DNA of 62,279 nucleotides from a candidate division WWE3 bacterium (GTDB taxonomy: Bacteria; Patescibacteriota; WWE3; UBA101185; UBA10185), in assembly GCA_012798315.1 (NCBI GenBank), contig JAAZNL010000004.1, positions 1 through 62,279 of the forward strand, in the 5' to 3' direction. A program made the position numbers and the translations under genes. The notes under the pieces were generated by a model, which was not told where the DNA came from, did not search any database, and saw only the letters and a program-made list of their open reading frames with translations. This document shows, piece after piece, positions 21,798 to 31,466 of this stretch (positions within the stretch are counted from its first letter, which is position 1; each line of letters begins with the position of its first letter).

Positions 21798-22442
21798 ATG
21801 GACGTATACTCAATTTTAAAGAGACTAATGGACATTTTCGGCGCATTGGTGGGAATAATTATATTTTCGCCGTTATTAATTGGCGGTGCATTATGGGTAA
21901 AAATAGTATCTCCTGACGGCCCAATTTTTGCTGATATTAAACCCAGAGTAGGCAAAAATAGAGCACCTTTTAAATTTTATAAATTCCGTTCTATGGTCAT
22001 GAACGGATACGAGTTTTTGAAAAATAATTATCCGGAATTGCACAAAAAATACGAAGAAAATAATTACAAATTGAGTGCAGATGAAGACCCGAGATTACTT
22101 AAGGGGGCGAAGTTTGTCAGGCATTACAGTATTGATGAAATGCCTCAGTTTTTTAATGTGTTGAAAGGAGATATGAGTATAGTGGGACCCCGGGCTTACT
22201 ATTTTTATGAAGTTGAAGAACAGTGTCAGCGACACCCTGAGGCAATTCCTTATATGGAAGAGGCACTAAAAGTAAAACCCGGTATTACCGGCTTATGGCA
22301 GGTAAGCGGTAGATCCCAGGTAGGTTTTTTGGATAGAGTAAAAATGGACGCATTCTATGCTAAAAAGCGTTCTATACTGTATGATTTACTAATCATACTG
22401 AAAACCCCGTATGTAGTTTTAACAGGCAAAGGAGCCTTCTAA
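21798..22442 (+). CDS. Priming undecaprenyl-phosphate sugar phosphotransferase (Bac_transf domain)
   Basis: KRLMD, YKFRSM, DPR, DEMPQFFNVLKGDMSIVGPR and KPGITGLWQVSGR motifs. Confidence 0.95.
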   Translation: MDVYSILKRLMDIFGALVGIIIFSPLLIGGALWVKIVSPDGPIFADIKPRVGKNRAPFKFYKFRSMVMNGYEFLKNNYPELHKKYEENNYKLSADEDPRLLKGAKFVRHYSIDEMPQFFNVLKGDMSIVGPRAYYFYEVEEQCQRHPEAIPYMEEALKVKPGITGLWQVSGRSQVGFLDRVKMDAFYAKKRSILYDLLIILKTPYVVLTGKGAF

Positions 22443-22448
22443 AAAAAT

Positions 22449-24395
22449 ATGAACAATTCTAGATTTTGGAATCAGGGAACTACGGCTGCAAGTGCTAAAA
22501 GTCCTAAACAGCCTTCAGTTAATAAAAATTTAATGAAGGGGCTTGGAGCAACCGGGCTGATATTAATCACGGTTGTAGCTTTGGTTTTGGGAACTGGGTA
22601 TATTTTTATTGTACGTCCCGCTTTAGCATTAAGCGCTAATCTCGAATCCCTAAAAAAAGACGGCACTGCCATCTCCGATTCGTTGAGAAAAAGAGATCTT
22701 GTAGAACTTGAGAAAAATTTAAAAAAGACAGAATCCGATTTAGAACAGGTTCGAAAAGATCGGGAAGACAAATTTGGCTGGGCAAAAAATTTAAAGATAT
22801 TTAAAATTAACGAGTTTTATGGGGATTCGGACAGACTTATTAACGCAGGTTATTACAGTATTGATGCTTTGCGTGAAATAGCCAAGGTGGTAACTCCTTT
22901 TGCGGATGCCGCTGGGTTACGGGTTAAAGAAGAAGATGTCGTTTCGGAAGAACAAGGCCTGATGGAAGCTTTCCAAAGCTGGGTTACATTAATGCCCGAA
23001 GTAGCCGGTCAAATGGATGGGGTAATAGAAAAGGTAGCCAAAATAGGTGATGAACTCCAGCCCATAGATACTTCAAAATATCCCGAAAAAATCCGTGGTG
23101 TAGAAGTAAGGTCTACTTTGGATTTTGTTAAAAACACGCTATCCCAGGCAAATGATTACGGCCCCGATCTTAAACAGGCCCTAACTATTTTTCCGAGACT
23201 ATTAGCTGTTGGGACAACTGAAAAACGTTACATGATGATTATGCAGAATGACAAAGAACTACGTCCTACCGGTGGATTCATGACTAATTACGCCACATTT
23301 AAAATTAAAGATGGCCTACTTAGCTCGGATTTTTCTTCTAAAGATATGTATAGTATTGATCTGACGCTGGACATTATAGATGCCACATACGATTTTCCTG
23401 ACGCTCCTCAGCCCTATCCTAAGTATCTAAAAGTTGAAAGATGGTATGCGCGTGATATGAACTTTTCACCGGATTTTGTCACTTCTATGGATCAGTTACT
23501 AAAGTTCTATAAAATGGCAGGTAATATTAACCCTGTTGAAATAAAGCCTGTTGATGGCATTATTGGAATCGACACGCAGGTTATAAGCGAACTGCTTGAT
23601 GTTACAGGTCCTGTTACGGTGAATGGGGTTACGTACAATAGTGAAAACGTTGTATATGAGCTTGAACGAATTGCGTCTCTTGAATTACGCGAACAGCAAA
23701 ATCGAAAACGGGTATTAGGTGATTTGATGGAGGCAATGTTAATTAATGTTTTCGAATCCGACAAAAATTTGTGGTCAAAACTTATAGATAAAGGTATTGA
23801 TTTGGCGATGAGAAAACACATACAGGCGTACGTCTTTGACCCGGAGGCTCAGGCACTAGTAGAAAAGTATGGTGTTGGCGGAAGAATTACCGAAGAAACT
23901 AAAGGTGATTACTCAATGATTGTTTCTACAAATCTTGGCGGAGACAAGACAAACTGGTTTGCTTCTAAAAAAGTTACTGAAACGCTAGAAAAACAAGGTG
24001 ACAAGTGGATTAAGACTGTGAAATTAGACTATTCCTACCCTGAACCTGCAGGCGATTTTGCGCCCTTTGTTAAGAGGTTTAGAGATTGGGTTCGTGTTTA
24101 CGCTCCGGTAGGTTCTACTTTTATCGGTGTTGAAGGTTCCGAAGACGGCACTATGACCGACCAGGAGAGGAACAAAGTTTGGTTTAGCGGTTATGTTGAG
24201 TTAGGTCCTAATGAAACTAAAAGCATGACTTTTAAGTATGAATTGCCTAAAGACGCGGTTACCGGTGATAACTACGTATTGGAACTTCAAAAACAGGCAG
24301 GTATTGATAAAGAACAATATACAATAGTTGTTAATGGTAAAAGTCAGGTTATAGAACTTACAAAGGATACCAAAGTAACCGTAAAGCTTAACTAG
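22449..24395 (+). CDS. DUF4012 domain membrane-anchored protein
   Basis: N-terminal TM; QNDKELRPTGGF, RDMNFSPDF and NLGGDK motifs; C-terminal QKQAG. Confidence 0.8.
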   Translation: MNNSRFWNQGTTAASAKSPKQPSVNKNLMKGLGATGLILITVVALVLGTGYIFIVRPALALSANLESLKKDGTAISDSLRKRDLVELEKNLKKTESDLEQVRKDREDKFGWAKNLKIFKINEFYGDSDRLINAGYYSIDALREIAKVVTPFADAAGLRVKEEDVVSEEQGLMEAFQSWVTLMPEVAGQMDGVIEKVAKIGDELQPIDTSKYPEKIRGVEVRSTLDFVKNTLSQANDYGPDLKQALTIFPRLLAVGTTEKRYMMIMQNDKELRPTGGFMTNYATFKIKDGLLSSDFSSKDMYSIDLTLDIIDATYDFPDAPQPYPKYLKVERWYARDMNFSPDFVTSMDQLLKFYKMAGNINPVEIKPVDGIIGIDTQVISELLDVTGPVTVNGVTYNSENVVYELERIASLELREQQNRKRVLGDLMEAMLINVFESDKNLWSKLIDKGIDLAMRKHIQAYVFDPEAQALVEKYGVGGRITEETKGDYSMIVSTNLGGDKTNWFASKKVTETLEKQGDKWIKTVKLDYSYPEPAGDFAPFVKRFRDWVRVYAPVGSTFIGVEGSEDGTMTDQERNKVWFSGYVELGPNETKSMTFKYELPKDAVTGDNYVLELQKQAGIDKEQYTIVVNGKSQVIELTKDTKVTVKLN

Positions 24396-24399
24396 CTTT

Positions 24400-25152
24400 A
24401 TACAAAAATTTGTTACAGAAGCAATTGTTCTAAAAAACCTAAACTACGGTGATTCGCATAAATTCTATTCGTTACTAACCAAGGATCATGGCAAGATTTC
24501 AGCTCTTGCCATGGGAGTACGTAAAATAAGTTCCCGACGGGCAGGAAATTTAGACTCTCTTAATCATATAGTTGTAAGTATTACAGAAAGCTCCAAAGGA
24601 TTTAAAACTGTAAATGAGGTTAAGACTCTTAACTCGTATAAACGCAGTAAAGAAAGTTTAGATGCTATTTACTATGGTCTAAAATTTGCAGAGTCTGTGG
24701 AATATTCATTAGATCAGGATCACGATCAGCCGGAAATATTCTATCTACTTTTAACCGCGCTGGATTCTTTAGACCAACCAGGTATTCCGGCGAAAATAAT
24801 TGAATTGTGGTTTTTATTAGGGCTTAGTGATGCTTTGGGTTTTAAAATCGATTTAAAAAATTGCGCAGGCTGTGGATTGGTTTTTATACCCCCTTACGAT
24901 AAATTGAGTTACAGTTATGAGTCCGGAGGTATTTTGTGTGGCAGCTGTTCAGGGTATTCACTAAAAATGCGCGCGGAAACTTTCGAGCTTTTAAGATCCT
25001 TACGTAACAACTCTCTCGAAAGCATAACAAGCCAAAACTACTCCGATAACGCCGTAAATGAAGTATCCGCTATTTTAAATACCCACGCGCGCAATATGTT
25101 TATATCCAGAAACGTTGGTGAGAAAACCGGGATGCTTATCGGAAATATTTAA
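24400..25152 (+). CDS. recO: DNA repair protein RecO; conserved N-terminus begins at an ATA codon
   Basis: In-frame upstream of ATG 24511 reads IQKFVTEAIVLKNLNYGDSHKFYSLLTKDHGKISALA; Zn finger CxxC...CxxC present. Confidence 0.85.
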   Translation: MQKFVTEAIVLKNLNYGDSHKFYSLLTKDHGKISALAMGVRKISSRRAGNLDSLNHIVVSITESSKGFKTVNEVKTLNSYKRSKESLDAIYYGLKFAESVEYSLDQDHDQPEIFYLLLTALDSLDQPGIPAKIIELWFLLGLSDALGFKIDLKNCAGCGLVFIPPYDKLSYSYESGGILCGSCSGYSLKMRAETFELLRSLRNNSLESITSQNYSDNAVNEVSAILNTHARNMFISRNVGEKTGMLIGNI

Positions 25153-25216
25153 AACCTGATTTCCTCAAACAAGCAGATTGTTCCCTCGAATCAGGGCTTT
25201 GTTGTATACTGAGCCT

Positions 25217-26572
25217 ATGAGTTCAACAGATTTACAGAAAATAGTAGGATTAAGCAAACGACGTGGGTTTGTTTTTCCTGGATCCGATATATATGGCGGA
25301 TTAGCCAATACTTACGATTTTGGCCCTTTGGGGGTGTTATTAAAGAAAAATATCTCAGACCTATGGTGGAAAACCTTTGTAACCAAACGCAGTGATATGT
25401 ATGGGCTTGATACCAGCAATTTAATGAGTCCGAAAGTATGGGAAGCATCGGGACATACCGCAAATTTTACTAACGTATTAATCGATTGTTTAAATTGTAA
25501 GTACAGAACCCGTGCCGATCATTTAATAGAAGACGCACTTCCGGGTTACGAAAACGTAGAAGGCCGCCCACTTTCTGAACTGGATGAAATTATAAAGTCA
25601 AATAATATTAAATGTCCAAAGTGTGGACTTTCAAAATGGACGCCATCCCGTAATTTTAATCAACTTTTCGAGACATCTGTCGGGATAATAACTGAGGGAA
25701 CAGATACGGCATTTCTCAGAGGAGAGTTAGCTCAGGGCATGTTCGTAAATTTTAAGAATGTTCTCGACAGTATGCACCCAAAACTGCCTTTTGGTATAGC
25801 GCAATCCGGTAAGGCTTACCGTAATGAGATTACGATGGGAAAATTTACATTTAGAACTTTGGAGTTTGATTTAGCGGAATTTGAATATTTTGTAGACCCT
25901 AAATATTGGGAAGTTCATTTTGAATATTGGAAAGAGGAAATGATGAAATTTGCTTTAGCAGTAGGTCTGAATGCAACTGATTTACGCTGGAGAGCACATT
26001 CTAAAGAGGAATTAGCCCACTATTCTAAACGCACTGAGGACTTAGAATATCGATTTCCATGGGGATATAAAGAAATGTGGGGTCTGGCGTACCGAACTGA
26101 TTTTGATCTGAAAAATCATATGGAAAAATCAGGTGTGGATATGAATTATGTAGACCCGTTTACCAATGACAAGTTTATTCCGCATGTAATTGAGCCCACA
26201 TTTGGCATTTCGCGGCTATTTACCATCCTTTTAATGAACGCCTACACCGAAGAGCAGGATAGGGTAGTATTAAAGCTTCCAAAGAATATAGCCCCTTATA
26301 GAGCGGCTGTTTTTCCGCTTGTAAAAAACAAAGAAGATATTGTTAATAAAGCGCGAGATATATTTGAAACGTTGGTTACTGCAGGAATATCTACTGCATG
26401 GGATGACCGCGGCAACATCGGGAAAAGGTACTATTCACAAGATGAAATAGGAACTCCTTCTTGCGTAACAATTGATTACCAAACTTTGGAAGATAATACC
26501 GTAACCGTTAGAGATAGAGATACTACAAAACAGGATAGAATACGTTTGGAAGATCTGATAAGCCGTTTATAA
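25217..26572 (+). CDS. glyQS: Glycine--tRNA ligase (alpha2 type)
   Basis: RRGFVFPGSDIYGG, YRNEIT, ELAHYS, PHVIEP and IGKRYYSQDEIGTP motifs. Confidence 0.95.
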   Translation: MSSTDLQKIVGLSKRRGFVFPGSDIYGGLANTYDFGPLGVLLKKNISDLWWKTFVTKRSDMYGLDTSNLMSPKVWEASGHTANFTNVLIDCLNCKYRTRADHLIEDALPGYENVEGRPLSELDEIIKSNNIKCPKCGLSKWTPSRNFNQLFETSVGIITEGTDTAFLRGELAQGMFVNFKNVLDSMHPKLPFGIAQSGKAYRNEITMGKFTFRTLEFDLAEFEYFVDPKYWEVHFEYWKEEMMKFALAVGLNATDLRWRAHSKEELAHYSKRTEDLEYRFPWGYKEMWGLAYRTDFDLKNHMEKSGVDMNYVDPFTNDKFIPHVIEPTFGISRLFTILLMNAYTEEQDRVVLKLPKNIAPYRAAVFPLVKNKEDIVNKARDIFETLVTAGISTAWDDRGNIGKRYYSQDEIGTPSCVTIDYQTLEDNTVTVRDRDTTKQDRIRLEDLISRL

Positions 26573-26592
26573 AACATGTACATCTTTTTGCA

Positions 26593-26648
26593 CAAAAAGA
26601 ACGCGCCCAAGAGAATTTATTTTAGTTTACTTCTCTCAGGCGCTTTTT
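26593..26648 (-). terminator. Intrinsic terminator, best on the minus strand (possibly bidirectional)
   Basis: Minus strand GCGCCUGAGAGAA/UUCUCUUGGGCGC forms a 13-bp stem with 2 G-U pairs followed by GUUCUUUUU; on the plus strand those two pairs are A-C mismatches. Confidence 0.7.
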
Positions 26649-26685
26649 CCCGAACCAACCCTTTCTTAACCGGCCGCGATGTGTA

Positions 26686-26934
26686 TCAATTGTGACTCAT
26701 ATAAAAATACGTGCGTCCTTGTGATAAATGCGACGCTTCAGCGCTTGAGTCCTTAATCCGGATGAAATCTCTGGGGTGATATTTAATCCCCAAAGTCACC
26801 GCAATCCGCTGGATAGTCTCAGCGCTTTGCACAATTCCCTCGTTGTTAACCGATGACTCTCTCCATACGAACGAAATACTGATGGGGCGAACACGGTTTT
26901 GTAAGGGAGAAGACGGAAATAACTTTGGTAACAT
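26686..26934 (-). CDS. Orphan small protein (82 aa, MLPKLFPSSPLQNRVRP...)
   Basis: GGGAGGG directly upstream of ATG 26934; extended -10 TGTTATAAT at 27015-27007; strand-matched terminator downstream. Confidence 0.55.
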   Translation of the reverse strand: MLPKLFPSSPLQNRVRPISISFVWRESSVNNEGIVQSAETIQRIAVTLGIKYHPRDFIRIKDSSAEASHLSQGRTYFYMSHN

Positions 26935-27017
26935 GCTACCCTCCCATTGGAATGAAGAATTCGAACCTATGGTAGAAATGTAGGTTGTATAGCAGGTTTG
27001 CCTTTCATTATAACACT

Positions 27018-27033
27018 TTCGGGTATTGTTTGT
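27018..27033. promoter_or_regulatory. Candidate LexA operator TTCGG-gtattg-TTTGT
   Basis: 13/16 identical to the lexA promoter site TTCGGGTATTATTCGA; lies between the small-ORF -10 and the mraZ -35. Confidence 0.5.
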
Positions 27034-27034
27034 A

Positions 27035-27088
27035 TTGACAGTGGATTCCATATGGTGGATATTGGATATAGTTTGGTGATCAATGGTG
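27035..27088 (+). promoter_or_regulatory. mraZ/dcw promoter (TTGACA) with phased TGG repeats, probable MraZ boxes
   Basis: TTGACA 27035-27040; TGG at 27042, 27053, 27063, 27074 and 27084 (10-11 bp period), as expected for MraZ autoregulatory repeats. Confidence 0.65.
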
Positions 27089-27114
27089 AAAACCAAAAAA
27101 TGAAGGATTAAAAA

Positions 27115-27528
27115 ATGCGAATGTTTCTTGGGGAATATCAACCGAATATCACTGAAGGTTCTCGTATTGCCCTGCCCAAGAAACTTCGGGATCAAATACA
27201 TGGAGATGAAATAATACTCTCCCGTGGGTTTGAAAGGTGCATTTTTTTATACGATAAGGAAGATTGGGTTAACGAAGCTAAAAAACAGGTTGAAAGCCCA
27301 ATCAGCGATTTGAAAACAAGGGATCTTAAGAGGTACATGTTCGCAAGCGCTTCCGAATCGGCTATAGACGCACAAGGGAGAATAGTGTTGCCGACGCCGC
27401 TAAAAATGTATGCGGCAATTGATAAGAGAACGTGTGTAGTCGGCGCAGGGGATCATATAGAAATTTGGGATGCGGACGCATGGTCAGCACATTTAGAAAA
27501 AATTTCTGCCCAACTCGCCGCGGAATAA
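27115..27528 (+). CDS. mraZ: Transcriptional regulator MraZ
   Basis: MFLGEY, RIALP, DAQGRIVLP and GAGDHIEIW motifs; precedes rsmH (alternative start 27121). Confidence 0.95.
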   Translation: MRMFLGEYQPNITEGSRIALPKKLRDQIHGDEIILSRGFERCIFLYDKEDWVNEAKKQVESPISDLKTRDLKRYMFASASESAIDAQGRIVLPTPLKMYAAIDKRTCVVGAGDHIEIWDADAWSAHLEKISAQLAAE

Positions 27529-27535
27529 ACGCTAA

Positions 27536-28441
27536 ATGTACCACGAACCTGTACTAAAAGAGGAAGTAATAGCACATTTACAAGTTAAAGAAGGTCAAAA
27601 ATACATTGATGCTACGCTTGGAGATGGAGGGCATACTTTGGCGATTTTGGAAAAGGGCGGAATTGTTTTAGGTATAGATATTAATGACCAAAGTTTGGAA
27701 CGGGCGATTCACAGAATTAATAGTGCCGGGTATGGAAAATCCTTTTTTCCTTGCAAGGGCAACTTTGAGCACATAGATGCTCTGGCCGAGGACACGGGGT
27801 TTAACCAGGTTTCCGGAATTTTAATGGATCTGGGTTACAGCTCTTTTCAACTGGACGAAAGTGATATTGGATTAAGTTTCTTGCGTGATTCTCCGCTGGA
27901 TATGCGTTTGAACAAAGATTTAGGAGTAACAGCCGCCGACTTAGTTAATTCGCTATCTGAAAAGGAATTAACCCAATTAATAAGCAACTATTCAGACGAA
28001 AAATTTGCTAAATCATTTGCTCACGCCATAGTTTTATCTCGCAATTTGAAGAAGATACAGACAACCAGACAGTTGGCTGACATTTTAAAATCTGCATCTT
28101 CTCCAGGTTACGAGCACGGTAGGATACATCCTGCCACCCGAACTTTTCAGGCGTTAAGAATCGTCGTTAATGATGAATTAGGTAACCTGGAAAGATCACT
28201 GCCCCGAGCTGCGCGCCTGTTGCTGCCTGGAGGTCGAATGATAGTCATAAGCTTTCATTCGCTAGAAGATCGTATCGTTAAAATGTTTGCAAAAGAACAA
28301 GAACGTATACGAAACGGCGCGCAGCCCTGGTTAAAAAGTGTTACGACAAAACCGGTTGAACCTACAAGTACCGAGGTTCAAAGTAACGCCCGCTCGCGAA
28401 GTGCAAAGATGCGTGTGCTAGAAAGAAAAGTTTATTTATAA
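27536..28441 (+). CDS. rsmH: 16S rRNA m4C1402 methyltransferase
   Basis: HEPVL, DATLGDGGH, DLGYSS, HPATRTFQALRI, SFHSLEDR and RSRSAK motifs. Confidence 0.97.
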   Translation: MYHEPVLKEEVIAHLQVKEGQKYIDATLGDGGHTLAILEKGGIVLGIDINDQSLERAIHRINSAGYGKSFFPCKGNFEHIDALAEDTGFNQVSGILMDLGYSSFQLDESDIGLSFLRDSPLDMRLNKDLGVTAADLVNSLSEKELTQLISNYSDEKFAKSFAHAIVLSRNLKKIQTTRQLADILKSASSPGYEHGRIHPATRTFQALRIVVNDELGNLERSLPRAARLLLPGGRMIVISFHSLEDRIVKMFAKEQERIRNGAQPWLKSVTTKPVEPTSTEVQSNARSRSAKMRVLERKVYL

Positions 28442-28446
28442 AAAAA

Positions 28447-28773
28447 ATGTTACGACACTGCCCAAAACGACACAAAAATATAGATCTTTCCAAAATGTTT
28501 CTTGTATTGGCTGTACTTTCGTTTGTAGCCAGCCTGGGATATAGAATACATTCTGCCGGAAAGCTGGCGGTAAAGAACGAAGCCTTGAAACAATATACGG
28601 AAAAGAAATCCGCTTTAGAAAAAGACCTGGCTTTATTGGAATTTGAAGATTCCAAATACTCATCACTCAAGTATTTGGAGAGCTCCGCATCGCGCATGGG
28701 TTTGGTACGGGTCAGTGAGCCATTAATTGCAGTAGAATTTAGTGGTGGTACAAGTATTGCGGCTGTCAGGTGA
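28447..28773 (+). CDS. ftsL: FtsL-like cell division protein
   Basis: Single TM plus coiled coil, located between rsmH and ftsI. Confidence 0.6.
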   Translation: MLRHCPKRHKNIDLSKMFLVLAVLSFVASLGYRIHSAGKLAVKNEALKQYTEKKSALEKDLALLEFEDSKYSSLKYLESSASRMGLVRVSEPLIAVEFSGGTSIAAVR

Positions 28774-30596
28774 ACACTCCAAATAATAAGAAATTTGAAT
28801 ATCGGGGCGTAACAAGAATACGTATTTTGCGTTATATTTTTTTATTTTCTTTTGTAGCTATAGTTGCGAAACTTTTTTATATCCAGGTTTTGTCACATGA
28901 TAAATACCAGTCTCTTGCTTACAGCCAATATGTGGATACTCAAACTATCCCCCCAAGAAGAGGAAATATTACTACATCTGATGGTTTTTTACTTGCCGGT
29001 ACAAAAACAAACTATACTTTATATGCAGAACCCAAAAAAATCCCGGAAATTCCTGAGTTTAGTGAAAAAATTGCAAAGTTATTTGTTGAGCTAGATCAAA
29101 AAGAAACGTCCGAAACCACGAAAAGCAATTCGAATTTTGGAGATTTTTATCTTAAAGTTTCCCAATCTATTAAACCTGACTTATTTTGGGTAGGATTACG
29201 TCGTGGCTTATCCCCTGAAGACAGAAAACTGATTTTGGATATGAATATACCCGGAATTGGCTTTGAGGAAGATCCTGTGCGTTATTACCCTGAAGATACT
29301 CTGGCAGCGCATGTACTTGGCTTTGTCGGAAGTAATGAGAAGGGCGAACGTACAGGGTATTACGGAATAGAAGGAGGATTAAATAACGATCTTAAAGGCA
29401 AGCAAGGAAGGATATTTCAGGAAGTCGATTCTATTGGCCGGCCTATTCTTTTAGGAAATTTTAAAAAGCTTCCGCCGATTCAGGGGCGGGATATCGTTTT
29501 AACAATAGATAGATCGGCTCAGTATCTGGTAGAGCAAAAACTGAAAGAAGGCGTAGAAAAATACAACGCGACCTCTGGCACGGTTGTTGTTATGAACCCT
29601 AGTACCGGTGAAATTATCGCGATGGCAAACTATCCTACCTTTGATTATAAAAATCTGATATTTGAGGAAGAGGTTTTAACCGAAGAACAAAAAAAGGTCA
29701 GCGGAAGAAAAAAATATGAATACCGAAATTTTGCGATTTCCAGTCCGTATGAACCGGGTTCCGTAATAAAGCCATTTACGATTTCGGCGGCAATAGATTT
29801 GGGAATAGTAAATCCGAATACAACTTTCGAGGATAACGGCCCTGTTTGGTACTCAGGAAAGAAAATAGACAACTGGGATGGAAAACACTATCAGACTCAA
29901 ACTATTACACAATTACTTCAAAAATCTAATAACATAGGTGCGGCTTGGGTAGGACACCAGGTAGGTTCTAAAAACGTCAGTAAGTACTTTGAAAGCTTTG
30001 GAATTGGTGCAAAATACGGAATAGAGTTGGAAGGAGAGGAAACAGGTACTTTACGGGATCACGATACCTGGACTGATATTGACTTGGCAAATGTCTCTTT
30101 TGGGCAGGGTATGTCTGCTACCCCTTTACAGGTTCTTAACGGTTTTAACGTCTTTGCTAACGGAGGTTATTTACTTCAACCTAAAATCGTTTCCCGCATT
30201 ATAGATAACGGAAAGGTAATTAATATACCAACCAAAAATATCCGCAAAGTATTATCATCCGAAACTACGGCTACAATGGTGGATTTGTTGGAAAAAGCAG
30301 CTGAAGGTGGAGAGGCCAAATTCTTTATAAAAAAAGAGTACCGTATAGCGGGAAAGACCGGTACCGCACAAATTTACACCGAATCAGGTTATGATCCCAA
30401 CAAAAGTAATGCTACTTTCGTGGGTTTTATGTCCGGTTCAAAGAAATTTAGCATGATTGTAAAACTTGAAGAACCAAGAACCAGCATTTACGCTGCCGAA
30501 ACTGCCGTCCCTTTGTGGATGACTATTGCCGACGATTTAGTTAAATATTACGGATTAGCCCCAGATAAACCGGTCGCAGAGGTTGCTCCACTATAA
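28770..30596 (+). CDS. ftsI: Class B penicillin-binding protein (FtsI/PBP3)
   Basis: RGNI, RYYP and GIEG motifs; SVIK (SxxK), SNN and KTG intact. Confidence 0.9.
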   Translation: MNTPNNKKFEYRGVTRIRILRYIFLFSFVAIVAKLFYIQVLSHDKYQSLAYSQYVDTQTIPPRRGNITTSDGFLLAGTKTNYTLYAEPKKIPEIPEFSEKIAKLFVELDQKETSETTKSNSNFGDFYLKVSQSIKPDLFWVGLRRGLSPEDRKLILDMNIPGIGFEEDPVRYYPEDTLAAHVLGFVGSNEKGERTGYYGIEGGLNNDLKGKQGRIFQEVDSIGRPILLGNFKKLPPIQGRDIVLTIDRSAQYLVEQKLKEGVEKYNATSGTVVVMNPSTGEIIAMANYPTFDYKNLIFEEEVLTEEQKKVSGRKKYEYRNFAISSPYEPGSVIKPFTISAAIDLGIVNPNTTFEDNGPVWYSGKKIDNWDGKHYQTQTITQLLQKSNNIGAAWVGHQVGSKNVSKYFESFGIGAKYGIELEGEETGTLRDHDTWTDIDLANVSFGQGMSATPLQVLNGFNVFANGGYLLQPKIVSRIIDNGKVINIPTKNIRKVLSSETTATMVDLLEKAAEGGEAKFFIKKEYRIAGKTGTAQIYTESGYDPNKSNATFVGFMSGSKKFSMIVKLEEPRTSIYAAETAVPLWMTIADDLVKYYGLAPDKPVAEVAPL

Positions 30597-30645
30597 ATAG
30601 ATATTTCCCCCCTTTATTCTTACTGAATACTAATAAAATCGAAGT

Positions 30646-30996
30646 GTGTTTTCCCGGGAAATAGGAAATATAGGCGAAAATATTGCGATAGCCTACTTAA
30701 AAACGAAAAAATTCTATATTCTGGCGAAAAATGTATACGTTAGGTGGGGAGAAATTGACATAATAGCCATAAAAAACCGTAAAATTTACTTTTTTGAGGT
30801 TAAATACTCCCGAACCGGAATACCTGCCGTTGATATGTATTCCAAATCCAAGAGACGTAAAGTTATAAGATCTGTGTATTTATGGCTAGATTTATACAGC
30901 AAAATGAAAAATTATTCACCGAAGCTTGGACTTATAGCAATTCAGCGCCTGTCAGATGGTCTTGATATAAAAGTATATATAGAGGCTCTGTATTAA
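30646..30996 (+). CDS. YraN/UPF0102 family predicted nuclease
   Basis: GENIA, GEIDII and FFEVK motifs. Confidence 0.9.
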   Translation: MFSREIGNIGENIAIAYLKTKKFYILAKNVYVRWGEIDIIAIKNRKIYFFEVKYSRTGIPAVDMYSKSKRRKVIRSVYLWLDLYSKMKNYSPKLGLIAIQRLSDGLDIKVYIEALY

Positions 30997-31024
30997 CCGT
31001 AGCATGTTGTGTTAATATACCAAT

Positions 31025-31426
31025 ATGAGTAAAAAGATTTTATTTATAGAAGATGACGAAGGTTTCTTTAATTTGTTTTCTGCGGCTTTAAGTATGAAAG
31101 GCTATACCATTGTGCATGTCGCTGATGGTTCTGAGGCTGTAGAAAAGGTTAAATCAGAAAAACCTGATCTGGTTCTTTTAGATATAATTTTGCCTGGAAT
31201 GAGCGGCTTGGACATATTAAAAGAGCTTAAGGAGACTGAAGAAACCAAAGCCATTAAGATAGTTATGCTTACAAATTTTGGCACCGATGAAAATGTAAAT
31301 CGGGCTATGGAATTAGGTTCTGATGATTACCTAATGAAATACAATGTAGTTCCTTCGGAATTACCCAACAAAATAGCCGCTTTACTAGGTGAAACCGCTG
31401 ATTCCGGTGTAAAATTTGTTAGTTAA
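31025..31426 (+). CDS. Single-domain response regulator (CheY-like)
   Basis: IEDD, LLDIILPGMSG, LTN and DYLMK motifs; no output domain. Confidence 0.9.
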   Translation: MSKKILFIEDDEGFFNLFSAALSMKGYTIVHVADGSEAVEKVKSEKPDLVLLDIILPGMSGLDILKELKETEETKAIKIVMLTNFGTDENVNRAMELGSDDYLMKYNVVPSELPNKIAALLGETADSGVKFVS

Positions 31427-31466
31427 CTGATCAAAATCGAATAAAAGCCAGATTAAGTACCTGCCC

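Noticed and set aside
26573..27114. Possible housekeeping ncRNA (RNase P, tmRNA, SRP, tRNA) in the large intergenic gap
   Set aside because: No GAGGAAAGUC RNase P core, no tRNA-like ends and no SRP loop found on either strand; a small ORF with RBS, promoter and terminator explains it better. An Rfam scan was not run.
26686..27201. 171-aa version of the minus-strand ORF
   Set aside because: Overlaps mraZ and its promoter; only the part from ATG 26934 has an RBS and a promoter
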